From positions 992,001 to 1,056,000 of the forward strand of contig CBFFSA010000003.1 of assembly GCA_965644495.1 (NCBI GenBank): 64,000 nt of DNA. The letters are read 5' to 3'. Each line of letters begins with the position of its first letter. Positions within the stretch are counted from its first letter, which is position 1. The notes below the pieces were generated by a model. That model saw only the letters and a list, made by a program, of their open reading frames with translations. It made no database searches and was not told the origin of the DNA. This document shows, in pieces, positions 34,438 through 45,469 of the stretch. Source of the DNA: Perkinsela sp. CCAP 1560/9. Its lineage: Eukaryota > Protista > Euglenozoa: Kinetoplastea. A program made the translations under genes and the position numbers.

Positions 34438-37400
34438 TTATGAATTAAACAAATCAACGTAACGATTGACTAAGTTGTGAGCGGAATGTGTAGAGTCTGA
34501 AGGCGCATCAATTGCGCTTGGATTAATAAGATAAGAAAGTTGTGCTTCGGATTGAGCAGCGCTTTGGAATGCAGAATAATCCTGAGGCTGAGTAATTTGC
34601 AAGTTAGAATGTAAGGATATTTCTGGAGTGGATGTAATTGATACTGTTTCGGGAAGAGGGGGGCCAGCGCGCGCTCGACGTTCTTGTTCAATCTCCTGTG
34701 CAGTAGATTGATACCCTTTTAATTCCCATTGCCCAGTCAAAGCGTTATATACCGGTTTCTCATTGTCTTCTGGAAGGAACACTTCCTTGGGACCTTCTTC
34801 CGTTCGGTTGCCCTTGAACGGCCACCATGACCTTCCGCCAGAAGTCGGAATTTTGAATGTATCCTTCTGTTCACTTTCATGTATTTCTGACATTTTCTTT
34901 TCCGATAATCTCGAGACAGATCTTAAATTAGGCTGTAAAGTTCGAATTGATTCAGAAAATTCTCTGTGTGAGTCTTTTCTTCCCCATAGCCAGCGAGAAA
35001 TTACATTTCCTTTAGAAATATGCCCCGTACCTTGTATTGTGTCAAGTAGCTGTATTTGTTCCTGTACAAGGTAAGATAAATTCTGCTGACATCTTCGTAA
35101 ATCGCCAGCGAAAGATATTTCTTTTTGAAGTTGGATTAAAATCTTCCGCCCTTGAGTAGTAAAACCGCATTCATTAAGAATAATAGCATGTGCAAACCTG
35201 AATGACGAATAGCTGTGATGCGATTCAGCGCGTGGCGTTGCTACTCTTGATTTATTCAATGTGGCATCTCTTAGACGTAAAAATTGGAATAGTTCGGTTT
35301 GAAAAAAACTTCTTTCGTTCAAGTACGAGGAACGCCACATGTTTGGCTTTTGAGTCCCGCCCCAAAGTGCAATCTTTCGCAATGGATAATTCGGTTCGTC
35401 TAGTTTGTGTGCCAGCAAATAGCAGATTTGAGCTTCTTCTGCTTTATCATGCAACTGCAGTGCGTCAGACCATCTCACAAGTGCCGTTGAAACGCATGAT
35501 CTTTGCGACATATTAACTAGCAATATACGAATATGATCCTCCCATCTTTCAATAGATGGGGCTGAAATATCGGGCGATAGCGCGTTACCCTCCAGAAGCA
35601 GCGTGGTAAGAGGAGAACTTGTAGCAAGTGTAGCCTCAACAAAGGAAGATATGACTCTTGTGTAAGCGTCCCGGTCGCAAAGCGTTGCAATCAAAAGTGC
35701 AATGGCCCAGTTTCGCCCGGATAACGCCGCTTCAATCGCTTCTTGACGCTTTCCTTGTAAAAGGTAGGGCGTAATTTCCTTATCAAGATCTGAGTTATGG
35801 TTTTTCATACTCTCTCGAAATTCATTTTCATGATCGGTGAATGCATTCTTCCCAAAAATTTCATCAAAAGATCTGTGCTGGTTTTCAGCAGACCAATCCA
35901 GGGGTTGATCTAAGTTCGCCAATAAATAACGCTGTAGTGGCCCGTAAGACGGGAAAATTAAGCGAAGATATTGTATTATATCATCTGTCTTAGTTGCGTT
36001 ATTTAACGGCCCGGGATATTGATCAAGATTCTTAATATATTTTCCTCCTAAAGGAGTCGCACGGTTTTCTGCGAGGAGATGACGGATTTCTTTTACCTGT
36101 AGATGTTTGTTCACGGTATCCTGAATAAGGATGTGTCCAAACGGGAGAAAACGTACTTTGGGACTCTTCATTTTTTCATCCACCCAAAAACGTAACAATG
36201 AAGCTCTCGAGGTTTTTGCAATTTCCGATTCTTGACAAATATTTTGTGGGGCGTGCCGCTCCACGGAAGGAAGGCTTTTTTTCTCTAAAGTAATTTCTGC
36301 AGTTGAGTTCGTTTGACTTAGAGATGCAATCTCTTGATCAAATGATTTTGAATTTAATCGATTGGCGCATGTATTTCTGGAAAAGCCTTTGGATGGAGGT
36401 TGACTCAGTCGTCTCATCAATTCTTCTCTTAGAAAATAGGCCCGTTCGTACGGCATTGATACAGGAATTCCTCCTGACAAAAGTACTTGTACTGTTGACA
36501 AATCAGAAAGTTCAAAACAGACGTCGTCTTGCTGCAGAAATATTTGTGGAGCGCTTTGCAACTGTATCGCAGCAGATTCTTGAATATGCTCCGAAAGATG
36601 TGCTTTAGGTATGTCTTTCACACGAGTTGTGGGGTTTGTTGAAATTAGTTCTATAGTTGCTTCCTTAGCGCAGGAATTACCAGCGCATGATTCTCTATGA
36701 TGACGGTTTCCCACTTCTTGTGCTATTTCGGGTGCCTGTGTCATGTCCGGATATACGTGTCGTGTTGGCTTCAGATTTCTACTGTCAACGTACTTAACAG
36801 CTTCTGTTGTTGTCGGAGAACAACGAATTGACGTTTCTCTACCGACAATACCTACCGATAGATCTGTTGATGCAATGCTCAGCGTTGATGGCACCGTGGC
36901 TTCAACTTCTTTTGAATTGTCGTGAATAAGAGGAATTCGTTCTGATATTTTGTTTTCTTCATCCGTTGGATGTTCCATTTTCGAATTGTGGATGAGATGG
37001 CAATTACTTGCATCTAGAGCCGAATTTTGTAACGACGAGGACGTTGCAAAAGGTTGGATATTTGAAGCGCTAGGTTGAACACAGATGTCTCTTTTTGGAT
37101 TATCCTCACCTGATTTGGACTTCAGTGATATGTCTTCCTCAGGGTGTGTAGGATAAGCGAGTATTTCTTCTTTGATACAGCATTCGCCCGCATTGATATC
37201 AACATTTCTAGACAGCTCTTCGGTGCAAAAGCTGGCTTCCCGTAAACCCAAAAGATTAGATGACTTGCGGGGAATGTCAAAAAGTTCATCAATTTCAGAT
37301 CTAGGATGCGATTTTTGAGGTGTCAAAACCGCTTCTTGTGGAGACTTCTGCCTCATTGTGGAGCATGACACGTCAGTGCTCCACTGAAATATTCTCTGCG

Positions 37401-37770
37401 TTGAATAGGATGCCTTTCCAGGAACTGGTAAGGGAGAGAAGGCTGACTCTGAAGACATTTTGGAAGGCTCCATTTCCTGAGCTTCTAGGTCTATTGTACC
37501 CCATCCTGATACAGATTCATCGATAACGGTTTGAGGCCTTATTTCATCATTGCTATTGCTGCTCTGAATAATCAACTCGTCACCTAAAATCGAGCACTGT
37601 GATGCGAGATTCTCGTTGCTACTCAGGGCACTGCGTTGCGAAGTCAGCGAACATGAACGCGTAGGAATTTGCGTAGTGGACAGCACACTTGTTACATGGT
37701 TAAGCGTGTTCGTCGCCATGTGATCGTCGTACACACTGCAGAGACTCTGCGAACTATGACTACTCCGCAT
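34438..37770 (-). CDS. SEC16: COPII ER exit-site protein Sec16
   Basis: LLQGKRQEAIEAALSGRNWAIALLIA, AQICYLLA and QTELFQF form the central domain; C-terminal YNALTGQW; long disordered N-terminus. Confidence 0.85.
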   Translation of the reverse strand: MRSSHSSQSLCSVYDDHMATNTLNHVTSVLSTTQIPTRSCSLTSQRSALSSNENLASQCSILGDELIIQSSNSNDEIRPQTVIDESVSGWGTIDLEAQEMEPSKMSSESAFSPLPVPGKASYSTQRIFQWSTDVSCSTMRQKSPQEAVLTPQKSHPRSEIDELFDIPRKSSNLLGLREASFCTEELSRNVDINAGECCIKEEILAYPTHPEEDISLKSKSGEDNPKRDICVQPSASNIQPFATSSSLQNSALDASNCHLIHNSKMEHPTDEENKISERIPLIHDNSKEVEATVPSTLSIASTDLSVGIVGRETSIRCSPTTTEAVKYVDSRNLKPTRHVYPDMTQAPEIAQEVGNRHHRESCAGNSCAKEATIELISTNPTTRVKDIPKAHLSEHIQESAAIQLQSAPQIFLQQDDVCFELSDLSTVQVLLSGGIPVSMPYERAYFLREELMRRLSQPPSKGFSRNTCANRLNSKSFDQEIASLSQTNSTAEITLEKKSLPSVERHAPQNICQESEIAKTSRASLLRFWVDEKMKSPKVRFLPFGHILIQDTVNKHLQVKEIRHLLAENRATPLGGKYIKNLDQYPGPLNNATKTDDIIQYLRLIFPSYGPLQRYLLANLDQPLDWSAENQHRSFDEIFGKNAFTDHENEFRESMKNHNSDLDKEITPYLLQGKRQEAIEAALSGRNWAIALLIATLCDRDAYTRVISSFVEATLATSSPLTTLLLEGNALSPDISAPSIERWEDHIRILLVNMSQRSCVSTALVRWSDALQLHDKAEEAQICYLLAHKLDEPNYPLRKIALWGGTQKPNMWRSSYLNERSFFQTELFQFLRLRDATLNKSRVATPRAESHHSYSSFRFAHAIILNECGFTTQGRKILIQLQKEISFAGDLRRCQQNLSYLVQEQIQLLDTIQGTGHISKGNVISRWLWGRKDSHREFSESIRTLQPNLRSVSRLSEKKMSEIHESEQKDTFKIPTSGGRSWWPFKGNRTEEGPKEVFLPEDNEKPVYNALTGQWELKGYQSTAQEIEQERRARAGPPLPETVSITSTPEISLHSNLQITQPQDYSAFQSAAQSEAQLSYLINPSAIDAPSDSTHSAHNLVNRYVDLFNS

Positions 37771-37987
37771 TAAAGAGTGCTATGTATACCATACTTAATA
37801 GATTTAATCCTCTTTAGCACAAGCTTAAATGAAATAACATTTATGAAGCAATACATACTGTATTAATTTAATGACATAGAGTGAAGAATAAATTGGCGGA
37901 AGTACCGTTACTCCCCACAAGGCACAGTTGAAGAATAAATTGAAGAGTGATACTAAATGAACATTAGAAGTAGCTTACAAGAGCATT

Positions 37988-39940
37988 TTATACATCGGTC
38001 GTCGAATCAACTGCTTCGACACCAGAAATGGGCTGCTCTGTAGAAGATTGCAATAATCTGGCAGCGCAGTACATTAATTTAGAGTTAAAGAAGATCGCTC
38101 TTTGCATCCAGTTAACATGAAATACGACATTCGGAACTTCCTTCCCGTCCACAAGATCTGGATAATCTCGCAGAGGTATTCCATCCTCGTATTCACTGTC
38201 GGTCAAGCGATCCAGTAGAGAATCCAACTCCGAATGTCGCCGCCGAAAAGCACTTAGGTACATTTGCGCTTCTATGGATTTCCGCTCGACATACTTTTCT
38301 GTCCCTTCCTCAGAGCAGGAAATATCCATTGTCGCCTGATGTAGTGTCCCAGGATTAGTGCCAAGGTACCTTTCCAAAATGTCAATATCATCAGGATTCA
38401 TGCGAGGACGGAGGAGAAGATTCGCATCCCCTGGAGTAAGGTCCTGAATCCACCTTAAAATCATGTCATCATACATTTCAGGATAAACATGAACTCGTGT
38501 GTGATCAATCTCAGAAATGGTGGAAGCCATTTTTAGATCACGGGATATATGGCGTTGTTGATTTAGAACAACGTTGACAAGTCTCTTGTTTTCCAGAAAG
38601 TCATCCCCCATGCGTAAGGAATATACTATGATAGGCATGATTCCGTTTTTCTGTGATACCTTACTGAGAGTCTCTTGGGTAAACGTCGTTAAATCTCCAC
38701 ATGCCGCAAGGTTGTCAACTCCAAGAGCACGCACTAAGGCTTTAGTCAGATCTTCATGAGACCAACCGATACGAACAGCAACATGTACCACACCAGGCAA
38801 ATCACGTAACGCCCTGCGAACAACTGTCGACTTTCCACATCCCCGAGTTCCTATCACAGCCACTGATTGTGGCGATCCCATGACTGAAACACCTCTTGGA
38901 ATCAAGACGTCCCCGTCTTTACTAGGGAAATGAACTATACGACGAAGAATGTCAGCCTCACGAGTATGATCACTAGATTTGTCTTGCTTTGTTTCCGAAG
39001 CGTCCCTGCCATGAACATTATCGGTTGAGGTCTCTAAGTAATATTCCATCCTTGTGTCGTCTCCAGCACACATAACATTTGGTGAGGTAAGCCGAGCAAT
39101 AGCCAGTTCCATCTGATAGTCCCTCCTACCTTTCCTCCAATTCAAATAATTCCAAAGAAAGACAGAACAGACACCAAAGCTGGCAAAGGTAGCGGAGACT
39201 ACACCGGCATACTTCACCGTAAAGTAGCTCCAAGAGAGGCGTTCCTTTTCGCGTTCCCGTTCCTTTTCTCGCCACACGCGTCGGCTTTCCATTTCCCACT
39301 CAGCAAGCTCAAGAATTGAAGCGCGTGTGCTCCGATGCAGATGTTGTAGCACGGCGACGTCTTCATCTTTTAGCAGGTACATCTTTTCACGACGCCACCC
39401 ATTCTTACAGAGCACAAGGGCCGCGAGCTCTGCATCTGTCTTGCGTTCAACACCCGCTTCAAAGGCCCACTCGGCGAGGTTCTTACATCTGTCGGTACTA
39501 AGCAGTGGATTTTTTCCTTCGGAAGCCACAATGCGATCTCGTGCTACAACATCCTCAAACACGCCGCTGTCCATTAGGACACTATAGGTGCCATCATTTC
39601 GAACTTTTGTTATGATTCCCGTCGACGCGCGGTCGTCACTTTGAACCCAGACGCTTGTTGTCACCTCCAGAGGGACATGGGGACCAACATTCACGGAGTC
39701 GAACTTTACAAGAAATACGTCACTTCCCCCGCTCTCTCCCCCATTCTCACTGGCGGGTCCGATAACTTTACCAAAACCTAGAATCTTGCTCCCATCCACA
39801 AAGGCACTGACACGGACATAATTAGCGGTGAGTAACGTAACCGGGACCCCCTTGGATTCCAGCAGTTTTAGGCTCCGCTGAAAAAGAAAGCTGCATCGAG
39901 TCATCTGAGGCAATAGGAAAAAAGTGGTAGCATTGCACAA
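37988..39940 (-). CDS. Tuzin-like P-loop membrane protein (kinetoplastid); real start probably ATG at 39904
   Basis: TM helix, Walker A GTRGCGKS and ALVRALGVDNLAACGDL typical of tuzin; possible mitochondrial presequence. Confidence 0.75.
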   Translation of the reverse strand: MCNATTFFLLPQMTRCSFLFQRSLKLLESKGVPVTLLTANYVRVSAFVDGSKILGFGKVIGPASENGGESGGSDVFLVKFDSVNVGPHVPLEVTTSVWVQSDDRASTGIITKVRNDGTYSVLMDSGVFEDVVARDRIVASEGKNPLLSTDRCKNLAEWAFEAGVERKTDAELAALVLCKNGWRREKMYLLKDEDVAVLQHLHRSTRASILELAEWEMESRRVWREKEREREKERLSWSYFTVKYAGVVSATFASFGVCSVFLWNYLNWRKGRRDYQMELAIARLTSPNVMCAGDDTRMEYYLETSTDNVHGRDASETKQDKSSDHTREADILRRIVHFPSKDGDVLIPRGVSVMGSPQSVAVIGTRGCGKSTVVRRALRDLPGVVHVAVRIGWSHEDLTKALVRALGVDNLAACGDLTTFTQETLSKVSQKNGIMPIIVYSLRMGDDFLENKRLVNVVLNQQRHISRDLKMASTISEIDHTRVHVYPEMYDDMILRWIQDLTPGDANLLLRPRMNPDDIDILERYLGTNPGTLHQATMDISCSEEGTEKYVERKSIEAQMYLSAFRRRHSELDSLLDRLTDSEYEDGIPLRDYPDLVDGKEVPNVVFHVNWMQRAIFFNSKLMYCAARLLQSSTEQPISGVEAVDSTTDV

Positions 39941-40154
39941 GTGGATGATTTTCTTCTCATCCCGCTAAGCATGCAATGCGTATTGGGAAAGCAGAGTTAG
40001 AAAATTAAGACTAAAAGAAAACATCTAAATCTTTCATTATCTAAGACAATGAGAAAAAAATCATACGCTCACAAAGAATGGGGTGTACTTAGTAATTGTT
40101 TTGCAATATGCATGGCATGAAGTACCACAATACGATAGTCGAACTTAATATCGA

Positions 40155-40898
40155 TTACGTTGCATATTTGTTCTTTGCCTTTAAATATAAATCGGTGACC
40201 TTGTTGCGCATTATGGGCTGACCCTTTGAGGTTCGAGTTTTTAAAAAACGTCCCGTTTTGTTTTTATAACTTTGTAGTGCATTTTTAGATGTTTCTGAGC
40301 CGAGATCCTCATTCTGATTGAACCCCAAAAATTGAACCACAGAATCCTGATGCACAATTTTCTGTTCTGTCTCAGCCGGCAAAGACTGAGGAGAATTTCT
40401 TTTTCTGCTTGGACGAGACACAAACGTATTTGCCTCTGAAGTGACGTCAGACTCGTCGTCCATGTATGGAAGGTGAAATTTTTGCCTTCGGTATGACGAG
40501 ATTACGTCTTCAGCGCTCCCTTCTGGCGCAGCAGTATCATTTTCTTTTGAATTAATTTTCAAGTCTTGATCAACAGATGAGAGACCCTGTTTCGCCAGAA
40601 CTTTTTTCCAATGATCGCGTTCCACGCGTCTTTCCCTATGCCATGCTCGTTTCCTGAGCTTGCTCTTGCTTAACGATTCCCTGGAGCAATCACGTGCATT
40701 CTCAAGTTTCTTTTTCAGCTCTGCCTCTTTAAGATCAATTTCCCTTAATCTCTGAGACTCGATTCCGGTTTCTACTACTAGCTTGCGATAGTTATCAATC
40801 CTCTTCTGACGTTGGTTAATTTTGTTCTCCCACCTTTTCTGTCCCAGAAAAAGCGACCTATCAGTTTTCCAGCTCTTAGTGTACTGTGATTTGGCCAT
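40155..40898 (-). CDS. Fyv7/TAP26 (CCDC59)-like rRNA processing protein
   Basis: Basic coiled coil; C-terminal RTSKGQPIMRNKVTDLYLK. Confidence 0.7.
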   Translation of the reverse strand: MAKSQYTKSWKTDRSLFLGQKRWENKINQRQKRIDNYRKLVVETGIESQRLREIDLKEAELKKKLENARDCSRESLSKSKLRKRAWHRERRVERDHWKKVLAKQGLSSVDQDLKINSKENDTAAPEGSAEDVISSYRRQKFHLPYMDDESDVTSEANTFVSRPSRKRNSPQSLPAETEQKIVHQDSVVQFLGFNQNEDLGSETSKNALQSYKNKTGRFLKTRTSKGQPIMRNKVTDLYLKAKNKYAT

Positions 40899-41125
40899 CT
40901 ATTGCAAGATCAAATCCTATGGTCTGATGTATATAACTTAAATGAATTGCTTTCTGCATGAATGTTATGATCCAAAAATCAGTTTACGTTGTGTATAATT
41001 TACTAGATACCATATAAATGTAATGTCAAATAACGAGTTATGTAGAAAAACATTCTATGAACAATTCATGTCTTCTGTTTTATTGTACAAGGCCCATGAA
41101 GTGTAGTGAAGGTAAAAGACAAAGA

Positions 41126-41995
41126 TTAAAGATCATACTGCTTAGAGAGTTTTACTATTTCGTTCAGTTCGTCGTCACATGGTTGCATCACTTCCATTCT
41201 AAGAAATTCTTCCAACTCTGTGCCTGTAAGATTCTCGATTTCGGTACCGTCCCGCACTTGTCCTTGAGAGCGGTCCGATGTTCTACTCGGCGACCGAGAA
41301 TTAGGATCCAATTGCCTGCACTCCTCTTCTTCTTGCCTACTTTCCAACATGTGACAGGATATCATTTCCCCTTTGGGACTGGAGAACAATCTTTCTATTT
41401 TGGGAGATCGAGAAGAAATATGTTCGGCAAAGTTTTGAAGCTTTTTAATGGGTGACTCAGTGTGGTCAGGTGTAAGCAAGTGGGTGATGTCTTCATCGGT
41501 TTCGCACTTGATTTCGTCAATTTTACTTGAAACAGAATTACTAGTATTAGATGCTTCATGAAGCGGTTTCGTAGAATTTGAAGATGTACCGTCATTTTTG
41601 TGACTATTCTGATTATTTATCTGCGACACAGAAACAAATGTACTCTCAATATCATTCGAATTTCGGACATATTTGGCTTTAGACTCTACATTCACATTTC
41701 TTTTCGTGCAGTCAACGTTTTGACGCAAGTCTGCAGCCTTTACGTCCTTTTGCTCTGTATCATCGTAGGATCCAACTGCTAATATGCGCCTTTTTGGTGG
41801 ACGAGTCAAAGAAATGTTGTTTCCCCTAGATTCAGCACAATTGCTGCCAGAAAATTTATCCTTGATTGTGTTAGAATCCACTGGCGTTAGTCCTCTACGT
41901 GCCACTTCAACGTAACTTTGACAAATTTCTTTTGGATCGTCCTGATTTGCAAACGCGCGCATCGCAGAGATGTGATAAAGTAGATCTAAGACCAA
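41126..41995 (-). CDS. Hypothetical protein (start probably ATG at 41962)
   Basis: Long ORF in the gene cluster; low complexity. Confidence 0.7.
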   Translation of the reverse strand: MVLDLLYHISAMRAFANQDDPKEICQSYVEVARRGLTPVDSNTIKDKFSGSNCAESRGNNISLTRPPKRRILAVGSYDDTEQKDVKAADLRQNVDCTKRNVNVESKAKYVRNSNDIESTFVSVSQINNQNSHKNDGTSSNSTKPLHEASNTSNSVSSKIDEIKCETDEDITHLLTPDHTESPIKKLQNFAEHISSRSPKIERLFSSPKGEMISCHMLESRQEEEECRQLDPNSRSPSRTSDRSQGQVRDGTEIENLTGTELEEFLRMEVMQPCDDELNEIVKLSKQYDL

Positions 41996-42350
41996 AATTT
42001 ACAGAAGACAGGTAGATTAGAAAAAAAAATAGTAGATTAGAAATTCAGAAGTAACACAAAACTGTAAAAGATATTGTTTTCTTAAAACATCATTTTTTAA
42101 AGGCGCGTTTCGCAAGTCAGGAAATGCATAAAATACTGTCGCTATGTGAAGATAACAAAAAATGTACTTTTTCTGAAACTACACTATTCTTGCTCATGAT
42201 GAAAACTTGATATGGCTGATATGGATGTGAATGGTCTATTATCGCGCTGATGAAACATGTACTAAGACAGTTATTCCATACTTGCTACTACAGATTACGT
42301 CTCAGACCAGTTTCGCTATAGCAACATAACTAGAAGATTTCTTTTGCTAA

Positions 42351-45173
42351 TCATAACAACTTTCTCTTCCACTTCTTTCGCGCAGCACTATCACTTTGCG
42401 AGGCTCCAAAAGAAAATGCGTTGGACGAGCCATCAGTTTCACTAGGATTTACACCAAATGCATTTACACTAAAAGGATTTGCTGTTGTATCCGATTCGGA
42501 AGTAGCGCCCATGTTGGAAAGATTCGTGGGCAGATTGGCACTCCACGCACTGAGACCTTTATTCGCTCCAAAACTCGGTGGATTAATTTCGAGCAGGTTC
42601 TTTTGATCAAGGCTTTGTGTACGGGTAGTGACCGAACTGCCCATGGCAAAAGGATTCAAAGATTGGCCAGAATTCGAGCTATGTTCAGAGGAAACTTCTC
42701 CAAGCAATGGTTTTGGTCCCTTCTCTATAGCGTTGGATTTACTTTCTATGCTTGACCCACCCAAACTAAAAGGATTCGGTATGATTGCATGATTCGCGCC
42801 AGGAAATTCGTTGTCTTGTTCCGGCTTTTTTCCGTCAGACCCAAACGTTGCAAAAGGGGAGACGCTATTTACGGCAGTAGACAGTGATGCAGGGGCTTTC
42901 TTTTCAAAACTTTCTAACCCGCCCATTTTATTTCCAATTGCACCAAAACTGCTCTGGGATCTCGAAAAATCTCCCCTTGAACCGGTAGAACTACTCGTGA
43001 TAAACGAGGACGAACCTGAGGAATGCGGAAGAGTTCCAACCAACATTTGCACACTCGGAGGTTTATCGTGCACCGAACTCTTACTGGCTTCCGCTTCAAT
43101 CGTGCTTTTATCTGCGACTACACCAGAAGATGCCCTCCACGCATCACGATGATGAAAAGAAAAGGGATTTGAATCAATTCCGCTGGACAAAGCATTATCT
43201 TCTTGAATTTTCAATGTATGACTGCTCGGTAACACATCGGTATTTTTGATTTGATCATCAGAATGTGGTGCTTCTTTCTCCACATGAATTCTCTCCGCCG
43301 TATCAAAGAGGGGTGTTAATTTTTTAGTCGGTCTCCCGCCTTCAATATTTTCTGCAAATTCGTTTTTTAAACTTTCCGGCAAGACCTGGGCTTTTCCACT
43401 TGCAAAAGCAGTGAAAGGATTTGCTGAAGATGTGAGAAGATTTGAAGAGGATAAAGGATCTGAGAAAGCAAATCTCGGTGCATTGTCGTGACTAGGTTGT
43501 GATGCAGCTTTATTAGTGATTGCCGTGAAAGGGTTAGAAGAACTGTCGGAAAATTGCGAAGGTTCAAAGGGATTAGTAGAAATATTAGATGGTTTTTCAA
43601 AGGACCCAGTAGATCCACTTGCTTTTTTCGAAGGTACTATAGGCAAAGCAGCGTTATTGACTTCCCCAGAATTGTCTTGATTGTCATCAGATGATTCCGC
43701 GTTAGAGGCAAAACCGTCATCCTCGAATGTGACGGCAAGCGGTCCTGAGCGAATAAAACCGTTTTCATTTGATTGCTCCTTAAACAGAGCAGTTAACGAT
43801 GAAGTTTCACTTTTCTTTGTTCCCATTTCGGATAAGGAATCTCTTCTGAACGTCATGGCGGAAGACAAAGGCGACGGCTTATTGTTCTTTGGGTTAATCG
43901 TGGGATCAATATTCGCCGTTATTTCCACATTGGCAGAAGGTTTGTCCTCCAAGCTTTTCATATAAGAAGGAAGCTCAGTGCTAGAAGTAAATCCACTATC
44001 CTTGGGCGTGGGTCTTACAAACCCTGAAGGCATAAAACTGGCACCACTCTGAACTACTCCGGGCGCTGCGAATGGATTCGTAGGCTGGCCACCATCTGAA
44101 ACAGCAGATTTCACAACCGATGTAACATCTGTGTTGGATTTTATCGTCCAAGTTTCGGCTAGCGCATCTCTTTCTTGGTTAACTTTCTTCACTTCGCGAG
44201 TTGTTTCAAAGGAAAAATCAATAGGGTTGAGTGGCATCCCGACGTGCGTACGTTCTTCAGGAAGTCGAACGAACTTCCTGGAAGGTTCTTCAATACTATT
44301 GCTTTCGAACGATGCAGAGACATTGATTCCCTTCGATGTCTCGGAAGAGCGTAAGGATTGCTTGGTCTCGAGATCTGTTTGTATACCAGTCGACACCTCA
44401 CGTTTCCGTTTCTGAAGAGTCTCACTATGTTGATGGGTTTCAGTGTCACGTTTGCGCGACGGAACCCACGATGAAGCGGATCTCCGTGGCTTTGTAGAAT
44501 CTGACGTGAACCAAAGTGTGGAGTTTGTTCCAGGTGCTGGAAGAGGAAGGCCACTGGCACTAATAAGCTTCATTCGTTCATTGTAAGCATTAGTTACCAA
44601 AGTAGGTGCAGGTGCAATTGGAGTTTGGTAGGGCGTCTGGTAGTAGAAATTGTACACAACTGATTGAGGAGCCTGAGGAGGGATAGGTGCGGGAGAAAAT
44701 GGAAAATCGGAGGAAGGACGATATGATGTTGGAGTAAGTGCATCGAAATGTTCTCTCAGACCCTGTTGAGGCGATTCTTCAGTTCCTTTCACTGGATAAG
44801 AGTACGCCCTGCTAGCCTTGTCAGCCACTTCCTTAGGAATATTACCATAAGAAGTATTTGCCCGATCAACAAAAGTTGAGTGATGTACGTCGCGCTTCGC
44901 ATGTGACTGCAGAAGATTATTCGTTCTTCTATGTTTAAAAACAGGGGATTCATCCGATATTTCTTCGTTGGGGTCATTTTCCGTAGAGGCAGTTTCCTCT
45001 TTCTTACCGACGCACGCATTCCAGAACCCTTTGGCAAAGTGCCCCACTAATTGAGCAGTATCTTTTATTGTGTCTACGTAGATGTTTGCCACATCTTTTG
45101 TACTTAAATACCCTGGTCGCTTTCTTTCCGAAATGCCGGATCTATCACGTTCCTTGTCAGATATATAGACCAT
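42351..45173 (-). CDS. NPF/FG-repeat disordered protein, nucleoporin-like
   Basis: 8 NPF motifs, several FG/FSFG motifs and a basic C-terminal tail (RKKWKRK). Confidence 0.6.
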   Translation of the reverse strand: MVYISDKERDRSGISERKRPGYLSTKDVANIYVDTIKDTAQLVGHFAKGFWNACVGKKEETASTENDPNEEISDESPVFKHRRTNNLLQSHAKRDVHHSTFVDRANTSYGNIPKEVADKASRAYSYPVKGTEESPQQGLREHFDALTPTSYRPSSDFPFSPAPIPPQAPQSVVYNFYYQTPYQTPIAPAPTLVTNAYNERMKLISASGLPLPAPGTNSTLWFTSDSTKPRRSASSWVPSRKRDTETHQHSETLQKRKREVSTGIQTDLETKQSLRSSETSKGINVSASFESNSIEEPSRKFVRLPEERTHVGMPLNPIDFSFETTREVKKVNQERDALAETWTIKSNTDVTSVVKSAVSDGGQPTNPFAAPGVVQSGASFMPSGFVRPTPKDSGFTSSTELPSYMKSLEDKPSANVEITANIDPTINPKNNKPSPLSSAMTFRRDSLSEMGTKKSETSSLTALFKEQSNENGFIRSGPLAVTFEDDGFASNAESSDDNQDNSGEVNNAALPIVPSKKASGSTGSFEKPSNISTNPFEPSQFSDSSSNPFTAITNKAASQPSHDNAPRFAFSDPLSSSNLLTSSANPFTAFASGKAQVLPESLKNEFAENIEGGRPTKKLTPLFDTAERIHVEKEAPHSDDQIKNTDVLPSSHTLKIQEDNALSSGIDSNPFSFHHRDAWRASSGVVADKSTIEAEASKSSVHDKPPSVQMLVGTLPHSSGSSSFITSSSTGSRGDFSRSQSSFGAIGNKMGGLESFEKKAPASLSTAVNSVSPFATFGSDGKKPEQDNEFPGANHAIIPNPFSLGGSSIESKSNAIEKGPKPLLGEVSSEHSSNSGQSLNPFAMGSSVTTRTQSLDQKNLLEINPPSFGANKGLSAWSANLPTNLSNMGATSESDTTANPFSVNAFGVNPSETDGSSNAFSFGASQSDSAARKKWKRKLL

Positions 45174-45469
45174 AAATTAAAATAAGTACTTTATTCCAAA
45201 TTGATCTATTCAATATTTTCTCATTACTCACCTTTCTATCATAATACTCAATAACTTCAACTTCCTATAAATTTGATATCCAATGAAGATGTGTAGCCTC
45301 ATATACCTATGTAGTCCTTCTGTAGACTTCATACAATCCTTCATGTGGTTATGAATGGAAGGGTTGTTTGCTGCACTCGCAATCCTGCCCTGAGCGAATC
45401 TCAACATTCGTTGAATTAGGCAAAGCTAAAACAAAAATTCAAGACACATGAGGCTGCGTTCTCTTTTTT

